This document shows positions 40,230 to 54,658 of a stretch of DNA of 64,000 nt, piece after piece. The stretch comes from Rhizophagus irregularis (taxonomy: Eukaryota): positions 3,968,001-4,032,000 of the forward strand of contig NC_089435.1 in assembly GCF_026210795.1 (NCBI RefSeq). Direction: 5' to 3'. The notes beneath the pieces are model-generated. The model was not told the DNA's origin. It worked only from the letters and a program-made list of their open reading frames with translations, and did not search any database. The position numbers were made by a program, and so were the translations under genes. The stretch's first letter is position 1. Each line of letters begins with the position of its first letter.

Positions 40230-42313
40230 CAGCATAGCAAGCATAGCGAACATGCTTTTATCACTTTGCTGATCATTCATCGATATCATGTCACATTAAT
40301 TTTGAAGCTATGGTTAAAGCCATAAAATTCTTAGCCAAACTATACTAATGTCTTTTTAGTAGTATAATTTATGAAAAATAAAAAAAAATTATATTGTTAA
40401 AGTTAACTTTAAACTGAAATTTTCAATAATTTGATATTTGCCTATATTTGCCGATCATCTGCTAATTTGACTTTGGAGCTTCAGGCGAAGTCACAGATTT
40501 ACGGGCGAAACTTAAAATTTTTAAAATATATTATTTAGGTATTCAAGAATCAATAGCCAAAATAATCATGTAGAATTTTAGGTAATCAAAAAGTTATCAT
40601 TGAGCAAATGTTTATGAATATTATTAAAAACACATATAAACAAAATTTGTAAAACTTTATTAACTGTTTAAAGAATTTTTTTTGATAAATTTAATATGCA
40701 GTAAATTTAAATGAATGTTAAATTGTCTGTAAAATTATTATTATGTAGGATTTTCAACCAAAGTAATTATAACGAAATGATAAAATTGAATAAATGATCG
40801 ACAAATGATTGATAAAATTGTGATAAAGTAAAGATGTCCGCTATGCTAGCATATATAGCAGGCTTTTGATTTTATCACACAATTTTTTTCGATTTTATCA
40901 TGTGATATACAATTCCGATATGAAACATTGTTTAATTTTTTAAAAAATTCAGCATATTAATATATCCTTAAATTCTATCAATATATATGTCCTATATTAA
41001 ATTTTAATTATACCAATTTTTATTAAAATCAGATTATTATTGGCCAACTTTTATATGTAACAACTTATTAATTTAACGTGATCAATACATTTTTTTGATA
41101 TAAATATTTGGTGAATTCAAAATTCTACATAATAATTATAACTCAAACTTTCCAAATTAATAAATAGCAACTTGATATACTTGTATTCAAAATTTTACTG
41201 AATATGGATGTAAAATAAAGAACTTTAATATATATCATCTGTATAAAATTAAAATTGAACATAATTCTTATAAAAAAAATGCAAATAATTTAACTTACAT
41301 ATAAACTAGGCAGATATTTTTATATTCACTTTAAAGAATAGACCAAGACCTATCCAATAAATTAAAAATTACTTTGGTTGAATCATTGGTTGATGAATAA
41401 ATGCATTCAACACATTTATTTCTAATTATGAATTTGATTGTCAACATTTCTATATGTAGTGAATCAATTGGAAAGATCTTTGATTCCAAAATTAGAGTGT
41501 GATTTAATCTTTTAAAATGTAAAATTATTTGTTTAGCCAATATACTCACTGAGAAAATAATACCATATTACTAATATTACATCATAAAATTTCTTACCAA
41601 TAAGTTATTTTTAAGATTTTGTATTTTATTTAAAGAAATGAAAAAGAGTCATTCACTATTCAAAGAAAATAAAATTTTAGAAAGATCAGTTCCTAACAGA
41701 GAAAAATTATGTAAATAACTTATTATAAAACCCAAAAAAAATTTTTTAAGAAGTTGTTAAATATACAAAAAAAAGAGCTTCTTCAAATGGGTTCTTCCAT
41801 CATAAATTTCAATAAACATATAGTAAATTAAAAAGCTTAAGTAAAAACAAATCTTTGAATATGTCTGTTTCCATTGTTGTAAATAGATCTCATATTTCTT
41901 TGTTTTTTTAGCTTATTACAATTTGAAAGAAAATGTACTATGCTTATTTTCGTTTTATAAGAAGTTTTCAAGTATTTATAACTTCTGGATTCCGTCTCCA
42001 ATAGCCAGATTCCTTTGTAATACGTTTAAACATAACCTGAAGAATCGATTTTTTTTATTGTTCTTCGCTATTAAATTTTTTGTGACACAATTAAAATAAA
42101 TTAGTACAATTATCATATGCCAATACATTTGATATCCAGCCAATAAAATACATATCTATATAACAAACAATTACATCAGTGTTATGACTGTTACGTCATT
42201 TAAAATTACTTGAAAACTTGATGATTTATTTAAATTTTATTTGTTATTTAAGCAAAAATCACATTTGCCAATCATCATGTGATTATTCGAAAATCGGAAA
42301 GCCTGCTATGCTG
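40230..42313. mobile_element. Degraded TIR element with CAGCATAGC termini and 7-bp TSD (9 bp under an alternative end definition); a related ~600-bp element is inserted in its left TIR
   Basis: cagcatagca[insert ~40241-40847]...ggcttttgatttt / aaaatcggaaagcctgctatgctg; TSD tgaatac. Confidence 0.75.
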
Positions 42314-42827
42314 TGAATACCTATAATTTTTCTAAAAATCATTTAGAAAATAGTTGATAACCTGTGAATACCAATGGAAATTATAAAAAAATCTCAATGT
42401 TTCAAGTAGTTTACTTATAAGCAAGTTTTTTAACTTTGTGTAATAATAACAGTTTTTTATAAGTAAACTACTCAAATAATTAGGAATTTCCATGATTTCC
42501 TCCAGTAATCATAGGTAATCAATCCTTTTCTAGCAGATTATTTATTGCCATTTTCAAAATAGTATGCGCAGTATCGATCATTTGATTAAAAAAAACCCCG
42601 ATTTTTGCTAAATATTTTAAATCCAATATATATGTCGCATTATTTTTTAACGATACCTAAGATTTCCCAGCATTATTTGCACTAGTAGGTTCACCTACAG
42701 CTTTTTATAGAGTTATAGACCAAGTTATTACGTAATATTTGAAAGTTTTTTTCATTCAAAGTTTGCGATTATTCGCTGATTATTAAGATTATTCAAATTT
42801 TTCAACTTTAGACGTTGTTTTTTCCCA

Positions 42828-44017
42828 ATGGCTCGTGCTTTTAGTGAGGATCTAAAGTGGAGAATTATTTACCTTCATCATGATGGATATAGTCGAATAA
42901 AAATTGCCAGATTATTACACATTAGCAAATGCACTGTTGATAATATCTTGCAAATATATGTACAATGGGGAACGGTAGTAAATCCATGGCAAAAACCACC
43001 AGGACGTCATAAAACACTAACTCAAAATGAAATGAAGCTAATTTATAAGTAAAATAGTGTATTAATTTACTTTTGAATATTACTAATTGTATTATCAATT
43101 TAGATATTACGAGAGTTAGTTAAGGATAAGGTGGATTGGTATTTAGACAAATTAGTAGGAGAACTTGAGTAACAGACAGGAAAGTTGGTTTCTATTCCAA
43201 CTCTTTGGCGATCTTTAGTTTACTGTGGAATTAGTAGAAAGAAAGTATGTGCAAATTTATTATTATTTATTTATTTGTAGTTTTCTTTTTTTATTATTTT
43301 TTTTGTAATTTATTTTTATTGTTTTTGTATAGTTACATCAAGTAGCTTATGAACAGAATGAACTTCTTAGAAGCACATTTATTGCAAAAGTTGGACGTGA
43401 TTATAAACCTGAACAGCTTATATTTATGGATGAAGTTTCTAAAGATGAACGCACTTTATCTCGTGGATATGGTTATTCTTTAAAAAATACTTTTGCAATT
43501 AAAAAGAATGTATTTGTACGTGGAGTTCGTTATACAATATTGCCTGCATTTTCTTTACAAGGCATTATTGCTGTAGACATCATGGAAGGTAGCTGTATAA
43601 AAGAAATTTTTAAAAATTTTGTTATTTCAAATGTGGTAAGTTTAGGAATTGTTATAATAATTATTATCTTACTTATTTTACCTGTAATATTTATTTTTTT
43701 TTCTTGTATTAGGTTCCTCAAATGAATTCATATTCTGGTGAACAAAGTGTTCTTGTACTTGATAATGCGTGAATTCACCATGATCAAGATTTTGTAGAAT
43801 ATATTGAAGCATTTGGTGGTCGTGTTGAGTTTTTACCTCTTATTCGCCAGATCTTAACCCAGTTGAAACTTGTTTTTCCATTATAAAATCATTTTTAAAG
43901 AAATACAGGGACTTTGTCTATTCATGTAATGATCCTAAATATCCTCTTTTAATAGCATGTTCTCAAATTACTCCGGAGACAGCTATGAAAGTTTTTAAGG
44001 ATTCAATTTATATGTAA
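42828..44017 (+). pseudogene. DD34E Tc1/IS630 transposase, 4 exons, disabled
   Basis: N-terminal HTH MARAFSEDLKWRII; IFMDE...LDNA*IHH...YSPDLNPVE with 34 residues from D to E after repair; stops, a mutated donor and a frameshift. Confidence 0.9.
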
Positions 44018-44144
44018 TAGAACTTATAAATAAGAAATTTTGTAAAAACTAGAGTATATAGAAATTTTATTTTCATATTAGTCAAACTGTAAAATGTGAA
44101 TTTATTATATTATAAATGAAAATATAACATGAATTTTCTTGAAA

Positions 44145-45673
44145 TTATTTGTAACGTTTTGCTGCAGCTCTAAATGTTTTTCGCCACCCAATTTTATTTA
44201 CGCCTAACTGGTCAAATTCTGCATCTGTAAGATCATATATTTGATCTACAGTAATCCGTTCATTTTCAAATATATTTTTAAAATCAACTAATTTTTCTGT
44301 ATCACCATTCGCACCCAATTTAGTAAAGAATTCGTTAAGGGAAGGAACTGCTAGCTTTGGAGAAGACAATGGTGTATTAGAAGTATTAACCATATTTGAA
44401 TTTTGTGCAAGTGAAATCATTTGAGGTGTCATAGTAAAAAAAATTGGTGTCATATTAGAGCTTAAAAGTGTTTCTGTAGGTGTGGGTGGCTTGAAATTTC
44501 CTTTCGTACTGCTAGATTGTGAGAAAATCGGCAAATTCAGTGTTTGGAGTATCATCTGTAGACTTCAATGTAAAATAAAAAAAACTTATTAAAAAAATTA
44601 TTAGTTTTTTGATTGGTCAATAATAATTTATAAACATAATTACAATTTCTTTTGCCCAGCATTGCAAGTGCATAGCTGTAAGTTTTATATGTCTTTCATC
44701 GCCAATAAAACATGATGCATCATGCTGATTGCATTTGTATTTCTCTCTCAATTCACGAATTATATGGCCTTTTTGTTGTAAAATTGTACTGCACTTTTTT
44801 TTTTATTCAACTTGATATTCTCACTTTTGGATTCTTCAGAATTTGAGATTTCCTAAAACAATAAAAATAAATAAAAAATAGTTTTCTGTATAAAGAAATA
44901 TAAAGCAAATTACCTTTCTCTTTTGCCTTTTCTTTTTAAGAGAAACTATAATTGACATGTTCTTTTTTTTATCTACCAGTTTTTTGTAATCTGAGAGGAA
45001 CTTTTTATAATCTTATATGTCTTCTAATTGCGCTCCAGCCCCTCCTGATTTTTTTGGCTTAAATGATACTGAATAATCAGAATGCATAATTTCTCTATTA
45101 CCGGTTAATTTTCTAACATAATGGTGAATGTCTGCAAGTATATCATCTAATGATAAAGTCTCAATTTCTAACCATTTCGATGGTAATGATGGGCCAGCTG
45201 AGGGTTTTATGACCAAATTAAATGATATAGTAATTTGCTCAGTTTCAGATTTTTCATCCACTTCAAATTCATGCTTAGTATTATCATCAGATTCATCTAA
45301 GATAATACAATCATCATTTGTTTTATTATTTTCTAAAGAATTTGAAGTGTCCTTAGTAATAATGGATTTTCTCTGCCTTTGAAAATAACTGTGACATGAA
45401 GAGCAAAGAGTAAAGTTGAACTTTGTAGTAAGATCCAAAGAATAGTTGAAACGAGTGACATTATCTTTGATATATTCATATTGTTTGGAAAATAATTCAG
45501 ATGCAAAAACCTGAGAGTATGCAACCTTTACTTTGTTTGTCCTATTTTTTTTTACTTGGTTTTATAGTTTTGTCACATGAGCACATTCTTTTTCGAATAC
45601 TTAATTCATCTCCACAGTATAAACATTTCTTACAGCCAAGGCATATACCAATGAGATATTCTTTAAGGATCAT
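44145..45673 (-). pseudogene. Cargo gene: N-terminal Cys cluster plus C-terminal SAM domain
   Basis: MILKEYLIGICLGCKKCLYCG...CSC...CSSCH; C-x2-H-x3-C...H...WA segment; SLNEFFTKL...FENERITVDQIYDLTDAEFDQLGVNKIGWRK is SAM-like; 2 introns; lesions. Confidence 0.75.
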
Positions 45674-45891
45674 TATTCAAGTTGAAACACGAAAAAACAC
45701 AAAACTAAATTATTATAAAATCTAATAATTTATCACCATTTTCAAAATGGTATGCGCAGTATCGATCATGCATTAAAAATGAATACCCGCTAAGAATACC
45801 AGGGGGTTGTTATCACGTGAACATTATCCAATTAAATTATTAGATTTTATAATAATTTAGTTTTGTGTTTTTTCGTGTTTCAACTTGAATA

Positions 45892-47442
45892 ATAACACTT
45901 AAAGAATATCTCATTGGTACGTACCTTGGCTGTAAGAAATGTTTATACTGTGGAGATGAATTAAGTATTCGAAAAAGAATGTGCTCATGTGACAAAACTA
46001 TAAAACCAAGTAAAAAAAAATAGGACAAACAAAGTAAAGGTTGCATACTCTCGAGTTTTTGCATCTGAATTATTTTCCAAACAATATGAATATATCAAAG
46101 ATAATATCACTCGTTTCAACTATTCTTTGATCTTACTACAAAGTTCAACTTTACTCTTTCCTCTTCATGTCACAGTTATTTTCAAAGGCAGAAAAAATCC
46201 ATTATTACTAAGGACACTTCAAATTCTTTAGAAAATAATAAAACAAATGATGATTGTATTATCTTAGATGAATCTGATGATAATACTAAGCATGAATTTG
46301 AAGTGAATGAAAAATCTGAAACTGAGCAAATTACTATATCATTTAATTTGGTCATAAAACCTTCAGCTGGCCCATCATTACCATCAAAATGGTTAGAAAT
46401 TGAGACGTTATCATTAGATGATATACTTGCAGACATTCACCATTATGTTAGAAAATTAACCGGTAATAAAGAAATTATGCATTCTGATTATTCAGTATCA
46501 TTTAAGCCAGAAAAATCAGGAGGGGTTGGAGCGCAATTAGAAGACATACAAGATTATAAAAAGTTCCTCTCAGATTACAAAAAACTGGTAGATAAAAAAA
46601 AGAACATGTCAATTATAGTTTCTTTTAAAAAGAAAAGGCAAAAGAGAAAGGTAATTTGCTTTATATTTCTTTATACAGAAAACTATTTTTTATTTATTTT
46701 TATTGTTTTAGGAAATCTCAGATTCTGAAGAATCCAAAAGTGAGAATATCAAGTTGAATAAAAAAAAGAGTGCAGTACCAAAATTAGAAAATTTTTCTAC
46801 AATTTTACAACAAGAAGGCCATATAATTCGTGAATTGAGAGAGAAATACAAATGCAATCAGCATGATGCATCATGTTTTATTGGCGATGAAAGACATATA
46901 AAACTTACAGCTATGCACTTGCAATGCTGGGCAAAAGAAATTGTAATTATGTTTATAAATTATTATTGACCAATCAAAAAACTAATAATTTTTTTAATAA
47001 GTTTTTTTTATTTTAGATTCGAAGTACCACAGATGATACTCAAACACTGAATTTGCCGATTTTCTCACAATCTAGCAGTACGAAAGGAAATTTCAAGCCA
47101 TCCACACCTACAGAAACACTTTTAAGCTCTAATATGACACCAATTTTTTTTACTATGACACCTCAAATGATTTCACTTGCACAAAATTCAAATATGGTTA
47201 ATACTTCTAATACACCATTGTCTTCTCCAAAGCTAGCAGTTCCTTCCCTTAACGAATTCTTTACTAAATTGGGTGCGAATGGTGATACAAAAAAATTAGT
47301 TGATTTTAAAAATATATTTGAAAATGAACGGATTACTGTAGATCAAATATATGATCTTACAGATGCAGAATTTGACCAGTTAGGCGTAAATAAAATTGGG
47401 TGGCGAAAAACATTTAGAGCTGCAGCAAAACGTTACATATAA
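45892..47442 (+). pseudogene. Cargo Cys-cluster/SAM gene, copy B
   Basis: Reverse complement of 44145-45673; start codon ATG changed to ATA; frameshifts. Confidence 0.75.
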
Positions 47443-48059
47443 TTTCAAGAAAATTCATGTTATATTTTCATTTATAATATAATAAATTCACATTTTACAG
47501 TTTGACTAATATGAAAATAAAATTTCTATATACTCTAGTTTTTACAAAATTTCTTATCTATAAGTTCTATTACATATAAATTGAATCCTTAAAAACTTTC
47601 ATAGCTGTTTCCAGAGTAATTTGAGAACATGCTATTAAAAGAGGATATTTAGGATCATTACATGAATGGACAAAGTCCCTGTATTTCTTTAAAAATGATT
47701 TTATAATGGAAAAACAAGTTTCAACTGGGTTAAGATCTGGCGAATAAGGGTAAAAACTCAACACGACCACCAAATGCTTCAATATATTCTACAAGATCTT
47801 GATCATGGTGAATTCACGCATTATCAAGTACAAGAACACTTTGTTCACCAGGATATGAATTCATTTGAGGAACTTACTTTACAGAAACCTTGAATTTTTA
47901 AACAATACCGAATTGATATAATAATGATGTTAAATAAATATCGTGGCGATATCGAATTGCAAATGATATCATTATGATATCGCAATGATATCATTTCAAT
48001 ATTAATTCAATATATCGAAATGATATCGTAAAGATATTTGTTTGAAAAAATATCAGATC

Positions 48060-48800
48060 GATATCATTTCGATATTGTTATAACAACAATGAATTTTTTG
48101 AAAAATGGGAAGTAAATACGATATTAATATGATATCGTTCCAACATTAATTCAATATCAATATGATATCGTAAAGATATCACTTTATAATTATCTAATCG
48201 ACATCATAACGATATTGACGAAACATCAAATCGATATCATATCGATATTTCGATATTGTTATAACAATAATGAAAAATAGAAAGTAAATACGATATTAAT
48301 ATGATATCGTTCCAACATTAATTCAATATCAATATGATATCGTAAAGATATCACTTTATAATTATCTAATCGACATCATAACGATATTGACGAAACATCA
48401 AATCGATATCATTTCGATATTGTTATAACAATAATGAAAAATAGAAAGTAAATACGATATTAATATGATATCGTTCCAACATTAATTCAATATCAATATG
48501 ATATCGTAAAGATATCACTTTATAATTATCTAATCGACATCATAACGATATTGACGAAACATCAAATCGATATCATTTCGATATTGTTATAACAACAATG
48601 AAAAATAGAAAGTAAATACGATATTAATATGATATCGTTCTAACATTAATTCAATATCAATATGATATCGTAAAGATATCACTTTATAATTATCTAATCG
48701 ATATTGACAAATAACGAAACGATATCATTTTGATATTGTTATAACAATAATGATTTTTTTTAATAAATGCAATATCAATATAATATTATTTTAATATTAA
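48060..48800. repeat. Left subterminal array, ~170-bp unit x4, GATATC-rich
   Basis: Repeated gatatcatttcgatattgttataacaa...gtaaatacgatattaatatgatatcgttccaac. Confidence 0.9.
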
Positions 48801-50533
48801 TTCAGTATCAAAATAATATCAAAATGATATTATCTATAAAAATATCAAATCAATCAAATATCGTTAAATTCAATTTTATAATATTTTAATAATTTGTAAT
48901 CTAATTTAAAAGTTAATTTCAATAGATTTAAGTTACCGGTTATTTATTACAATAACAATTTTAATTACAGATAAAGTATACATTAGTTTAAATATTATAT
49001 AACAGATAAAAAAAATATCAATAAATCTATAATAAACTAATTCAATAAATTAGAATTATGAGTTAAATTAGTGATGTAAGTCAAAACATTATGCCTTAAT
49101 ACTCCAGAATCATAACTCATCAACCCAAAGTTGAGGATTAACCGGGTACCTTGCTTTAGATTCAGCGACACTGCCCAAGTTGGATGGGGTGTCACAGGTA
49201 CGCTTTAAGAAGACTCGCTACGACTCTATTGCAAAAAGGATAAGTATATTCGAAAACACCAGACATAAATTCACCTCAGAAGTTTGGCGGGAAACCCCTA
49301 TAAACAACTGCAGTTTCATCATTACCAAAATCATTGAACTTAGGGATACAATGAAAAAGTTCATGAGAATGACGGCTTTAAAAAAAAAATACAAATATAT
49401 TCTCAACTTTGACAATGCACCCTTATTCTTTGGCCTGGAATTCTCATATGACTAAATTATTATTGTTTGTAATTTGATCCATTGAATCCACTATAAATTG
49501 CCAGGCAAAGCGAACTTTTATTAGACAACCATAGCTTCATCAACAAACGTTGCAATGTGTTTGGACGGATGACATCCTGTTTAATAAATTTTAAATGGGC
49601 AAACGTGGACCTAAAACCCATTAGAAGATAGGCTGCAAGAAGTGCAAAGCAACCTACCTAACCCACAAGTGGGTCTAAGGGTTAGGGAATAAATTAACGC
49701 CCAAACACATACAAGTTGGTATGGAGTTAAAGTCTTACAAACTAAAAATTATTTTTGCCACTTAATTCTCCAATAATCAATGTTATAAAAAAGTTACTTA
49801 CGACTTAAGCCTACTTAATTATATATAAAATGACACTTCGAACAGACAGAGCTCATGATATATGAGAATATCCCATCATGCCTATTTTAACCCTTGATTA
49901 AAGGATTTTTGTTGCGTTATCAAACTGATTATATAAGTTTTACGCCTATATAACATAAGCTTATGCCCATATAATCAATCAAATAAGTCCGCCTTTTCCT
50001 ATAACACACTATGCACGACGGCAAACGGTATAGGAGGAAGACTCTAATTTTCAGAAAGAAAGTTTTTTTTTTTCAAAAAAAAAAAACGTACAAATAAATA
50101 GCGGTTAAATAAAATGGTGGTTGAATTGACTTTTTAGGAATTAATAGGTCTTATACGTGATCATTTAATATACGCGATCATTTAATTACGTGATCATTTA
50201 ATCAGACAATTTTATAAATTTGGTATTATACGAACTTGATCAACCAATAATTGTTTAGGTAATACACAGATGAGTTCTTTATAGGTGGATATTATCAAAA
50301 TAGAGCCAAATTAACTTTACACAGTTTATATAGATAATTGATTATTTAATGGTAATAACACAACAAGTTAAAGAAATTCAAATATGATTGAATCTCAACA
50401 GATATTCAAAACTTTTAAAACTTTTTGTGATTTTTCGATTGAAGCTAATTATTATTAAAGTCTATACCATTAAAAGAATATAATTAAATAAACTAAAAAG
50501 AAATACTCAATAAAACTCAATTTTATTTTTTTA

Positions 50534-51868
50534 TTAAAATTTTATAAAATCATTTATTAATGATTCTTCTTCATCATATAATTTTATAAGAACGCACCTA
50601 AATCTATAATTTAATTTTATTAATATATTATTATCAAAGGCGTGATGTGCGAAATAAATAAAATAACTTACTTGTTTTAGGGTATTTACTATATCACTTC
50701 CACTTCGGGAAGGGATAATTATATTTTTAGTCATGGTATCCAACTCCTTTATACCAGGTAAGTTTTTACCGTCCCAAGAAACGCGGACGGCTTCCTTAAC
50801 AAACTCAACTAACGTATCCATGCCTCCATTATTTGTCAATTCCAAAATATTGACAGCTGCGAGTTGACGGTTTAGAAGTTTCTGCACCACGTTTTCGTCA
50901 ACGTAATCTTTAATTTCTTTTTGGGAAAGATTTCCAGTCGTACCCCTATAATTAATTAATTAATAATTATACAAATAGCACTATTTTGTTGACTATAAAA
51001 CAATAAAATAAACAAATACCTGCTCTTTCTGATTTCTTTGTATTCCCTCACTAAATTTAGAATATTTTGGTTGAATTTATTTCTGAAGTCTGTTAAAGAC
51101 TTACGAGTTTTATCTAGATATCCTCTAGCTTTGCTAGTGTAAATTTTAAACCGAAAAATTTTCACAACTAAATTGTCGAGTGCTTCACTACTCGGATTTC
51201 TCACTCATAAAAATAAGCACTTTACCGACTCATCCCATAGTCGTATTTTATCCTAAAATATTGAGATACGTTATTTGAGATTTAGACATAATAAATATTA
51301 TCATATTGTATTAATACTAACTTCAGTATTCTTTGAACTAACAACATAAGATGATTCGTTCATCTCATTCGCTAATCGTAAGATTTCTGGATTTTTTACA
51401 AGCCAGTTACATATGTCTAATTTGGTACAAAACTGAAACGGATCTGGAATTGTTTTAGCCGCGCATAACTTGTCGTTATCATCATCATCTTCTTCTTCTT
51501 CCTCCTCCTCTTCTTCTTCACTTTTATCCCTTACATCCTCTTCTACTATTACTTCCTTTTCACTTTCGTTATGTTTTTGCCTGGTATTCATATCTGTATG
51601 TAATATATTATTTCAATTATTTCAATTAAAAATTAATAGAATAATATTAAAGAGCCAAAGCCTATATAAATTAATATTTACCTAATAATAATTGATTAGT
51701 TTCTTCAATATTTATTTCTCTCCTCTTTCTCGGTAAGGTCCTTTGATTTTTTTTCGATCCTATTATACATATTTCGGTTATTATTCTTACATATAAGCAA
51801 AACTTTTACGGAAGAGTTACATATATACCTATTTCGATTTCTATTTTTTTATTATTACGTTTAGTCAT
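50534..51868 (-). CDS. Multi-exon accessory gene of the CMC element, unknown function, with an acidic tract
   Basis: ORF segments 51301-51591, 50956-51204 and 50534-50890 linked by GT-AG introns; putative ATG at 51868. Confidence 0.6.
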
Positions 51869-53159
51869 AATATCGTAATGAGAGAACAAGAAAAAATGAG
51901 AGAACGAGAAAAAAAGTGAAGTAAACTTCTCGCAAGATTGTCATGATATAAATGAGATCTCCTTGATCAAAAGAGCGAGATTGTCGATATAACCCCTTGA
52001 TCAAATATGGGATATAAAACGAGGTTGTCACAATATAAATGAGATCTTGGTTACTGTAATTTTAATTATAGAATGTAATTGGAAAGTATGCAGGATCTCA
52101 ATATCGTTGTGTACCGTATAAATTGAGGGGAATGCGGGATCAGTTGAAAATGTTGAAAGATGGAAAAAAACTATGATTTCTAGAGGATCGGAAATTAAAT
52201 TTAGTTTATATAAATAAATAATTACAATATCGAATTTCATTCAGTGACATTTTTTTTTATATGGAAGATTACCTCAAATCGATTTTACGGTTCCAAATTT
52301 TATTATATTTTCAGGCTATACGTGGAATGAGAAGAAAAATAATGGAAAGGGGTGAGAAGAAAAATGATCGGTAGAAGAAAAAGGAGTGAGAAGAAATTAA
52401 TGGAATATTATGTTTTGAATTTCCATTTTTATGTGTGATACGATGACATGCAAGAAAAATTAAATTTTTAAATAATTATACTCTTGACAATAAAATATAA
52501 AATATGATCGGAAAAAAACCAATCAATAAAAAAGATCGATTATTTTTAAACTGAACCATGTGATGATCCTATCTAACTAAGCCATATCTAAGCCTTATTT
52601 AGTGTAAGCCCCTGGATTGATTACATAAAAGAATTTTTTAAATAGATAGATGGGATCTACAGTAGTCAACTTACAACGATATTTGAAAAATACCGATATA
52701 TTGATATTTTATACTGTAGGAAAGAGTTTTAATACATATTGGTGTAATCAAATATCGGTATATAATGTATCAACTATACAAATAATGCATGTCATGTGCA
52801 ACTAATCATTTGTCTAATTGTTCGGTAATATTCTAAAACGGAGTAAATTAAGATCGAATTAAGTTCCTTACGGTGTAGATTAAGGTTAGCTTAAAATTCA
52901 GTATAATTGTAATATATCATCGCAGTGTAATATGAAATATAATCAAGGAAGGACATGCGTGGTTTAAAATATTACATTTTCTTTTACCTTAAATATAATT
53001 TGCAGATTACTTTCGTCTTCTTTATTGCTTTTTTTAATGTATAATTATAAATAACATTTTTAACTCACTTTTTATTAATAGAATTTGTTTATTTATTTTT
53101 ATTTATATATATTAATTAATGCCGTGATGCAGTATTACTGTAACTATATTTTTAAAATA

Positions 53160-53580
53160 AATTAATAAATCAAAAAATTATGTGTGTATTCAATGTTAAA
53201 TAAATTAATTAAAGATGATTGCATTAGAACTAAAAAATTTAGACAAGATCATAAAAATAAACTCAAAGAAATCAAAAAAAATATGTGTGTATTCAATATT
53301 AAATAAATTAATTAAAGATGATTGCATTAGAACTAGACAAGATCGTAAAAATAAACTCAAAGAAATCAAAAAAAAATTATGTGTGTATTCAATGTTAAAT
53401 AAATTAATTAAGGATGATTGCATTAGAACTAAAAAATTTAGACAAGATCGTAAAAATAAACTCAAAGAAATCAAAAAAAAATTATGTGTGTATTCAATGT
53501 TAAATAAATTAATTAAGGATTGCATTAGAACTAAAAAATTTAGACAAGATCGTAAAAATAAACTCAAAGAAATCATAATA
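53160..53580. repeat. ~110-bp tandem repeat x4 upstream of the Myb gene
   Basis: Unit attatgtgtgtattcaatgttaaataaattaattaa...gacaagatcgtaaaaataaactcaaag. Confidence 0.9.
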
Positions 53581-53643
53581 AATTTATTATAAATATAGAG
53601 CCTTTTCTTGACATTTTCCCCATCAAACTAATAATATTTAATA

Positions 53644-54209
53644 ATGGCAGCATTAAACTTAAACGCAAATCTTCCAGTATACATTCAATGGCCCGATGAC
53701 GCTGCTTTGACCTTAATTCAGCGTCGTCAGACCTATCAGCCCTTATTCACCACAACGAGGTTACATGACCAAAAACAATTATGGCGTGGAATTGCTCGTG
53801 ATATACGAAACAACCACACATTCAGGCCAACTAGAAAACAATGCAGAGAGAAGTGGAATGCACTAAAGGCGGGATACGAGAATCTAGAGAGGCTAATCAA
53901 TAGAAATCCTGATGATTACCTACTCGTACCCTGTCTTTGCATGACGAGAGGTTCCACCAAGAACTCTCAGACGAGTTCTGGAGAGTTGAGCGTAAGTATT
54001 TATTATTTAACTGATTTTTTCATTAATTCATTGCATTTATATTAATAATTGCTTTGTTTTAAGCATTAGTCCGGTCCTCCCGGAGAAATAGGGTGGATCG
54101 TAGGACATACGAGTATAGAGAGCGCAGGCGCTCTAGGCGCTCTCGCTCCCGATCCCCCTACCACCACCGAGAGCGCGGGCGCTCTCATTCTCGATCTCAT
54201 CGTCACTGA
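53644..54209 (+). CDS. Trihelix/Myb-SANT-like DNA-binding protein with an RS-rich tail (1 intron, 1 apparent frameshift)
   Basis: WPDDAALTLI...LWRGIARDI...RPTRKQCREKWNALKAGY; exon 2 RERRRSRRSRSRSPYHHRERGRSHSRSHRH*. Confidence 0.8.
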
Positions 54210-54658
54210 CGTCATTAATATTTTTATTTCATTTTATTTTTTATTTTATTTTATTATATGTTTTATTTTATTTTATTATTATGTTTTATTTTATTTTATT
54301 ATTATGTTTTATTTTATTTTATTATTATGTTTTATTTTATTTTATTATTATGTTATATTTTATTTTATTATTATGTTTTATTTTATTTTATTATATACTT
54401 ATTATTTTATTCAATAAATGACATTATTCGATAATATTATTTGTCATACCAATTGTCATTAACCATATACAGTATAATTGACCCTAAATTTTGTGTATCC
54501 ATTAATAGCCAAATCGGCATTAATTTAACCGAAGTGATTATTTAATTGGCAATTGCATTTTTTTTTTTTGCCGACACGCTTAATAAATTTAAAGTTCTAA
54601 TTGAATTAATAAAATTCTAGTTAAATTTAAATTAATTTAAATTGTAATTGTTATAAAG

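Larger units (their letters stand above)
42543..45730 (+). mobile_element. Tc1/IS630-like two-gene element, copy A (lacks the outer ~103-bp TIRs)
   Basis: Inverted near-identical copy of 45834-47876 plus 60241-61405. Confidence 0.9.

Noticed and set aside
49050..49700. Possible fourth gene in the CMC element
   Set aside because: Short ORFs with no recognisable motif or consistent splice model.
53205..53592. ORFs of 123-125 aa
   Set aside because: Translations of a tandem repeat.
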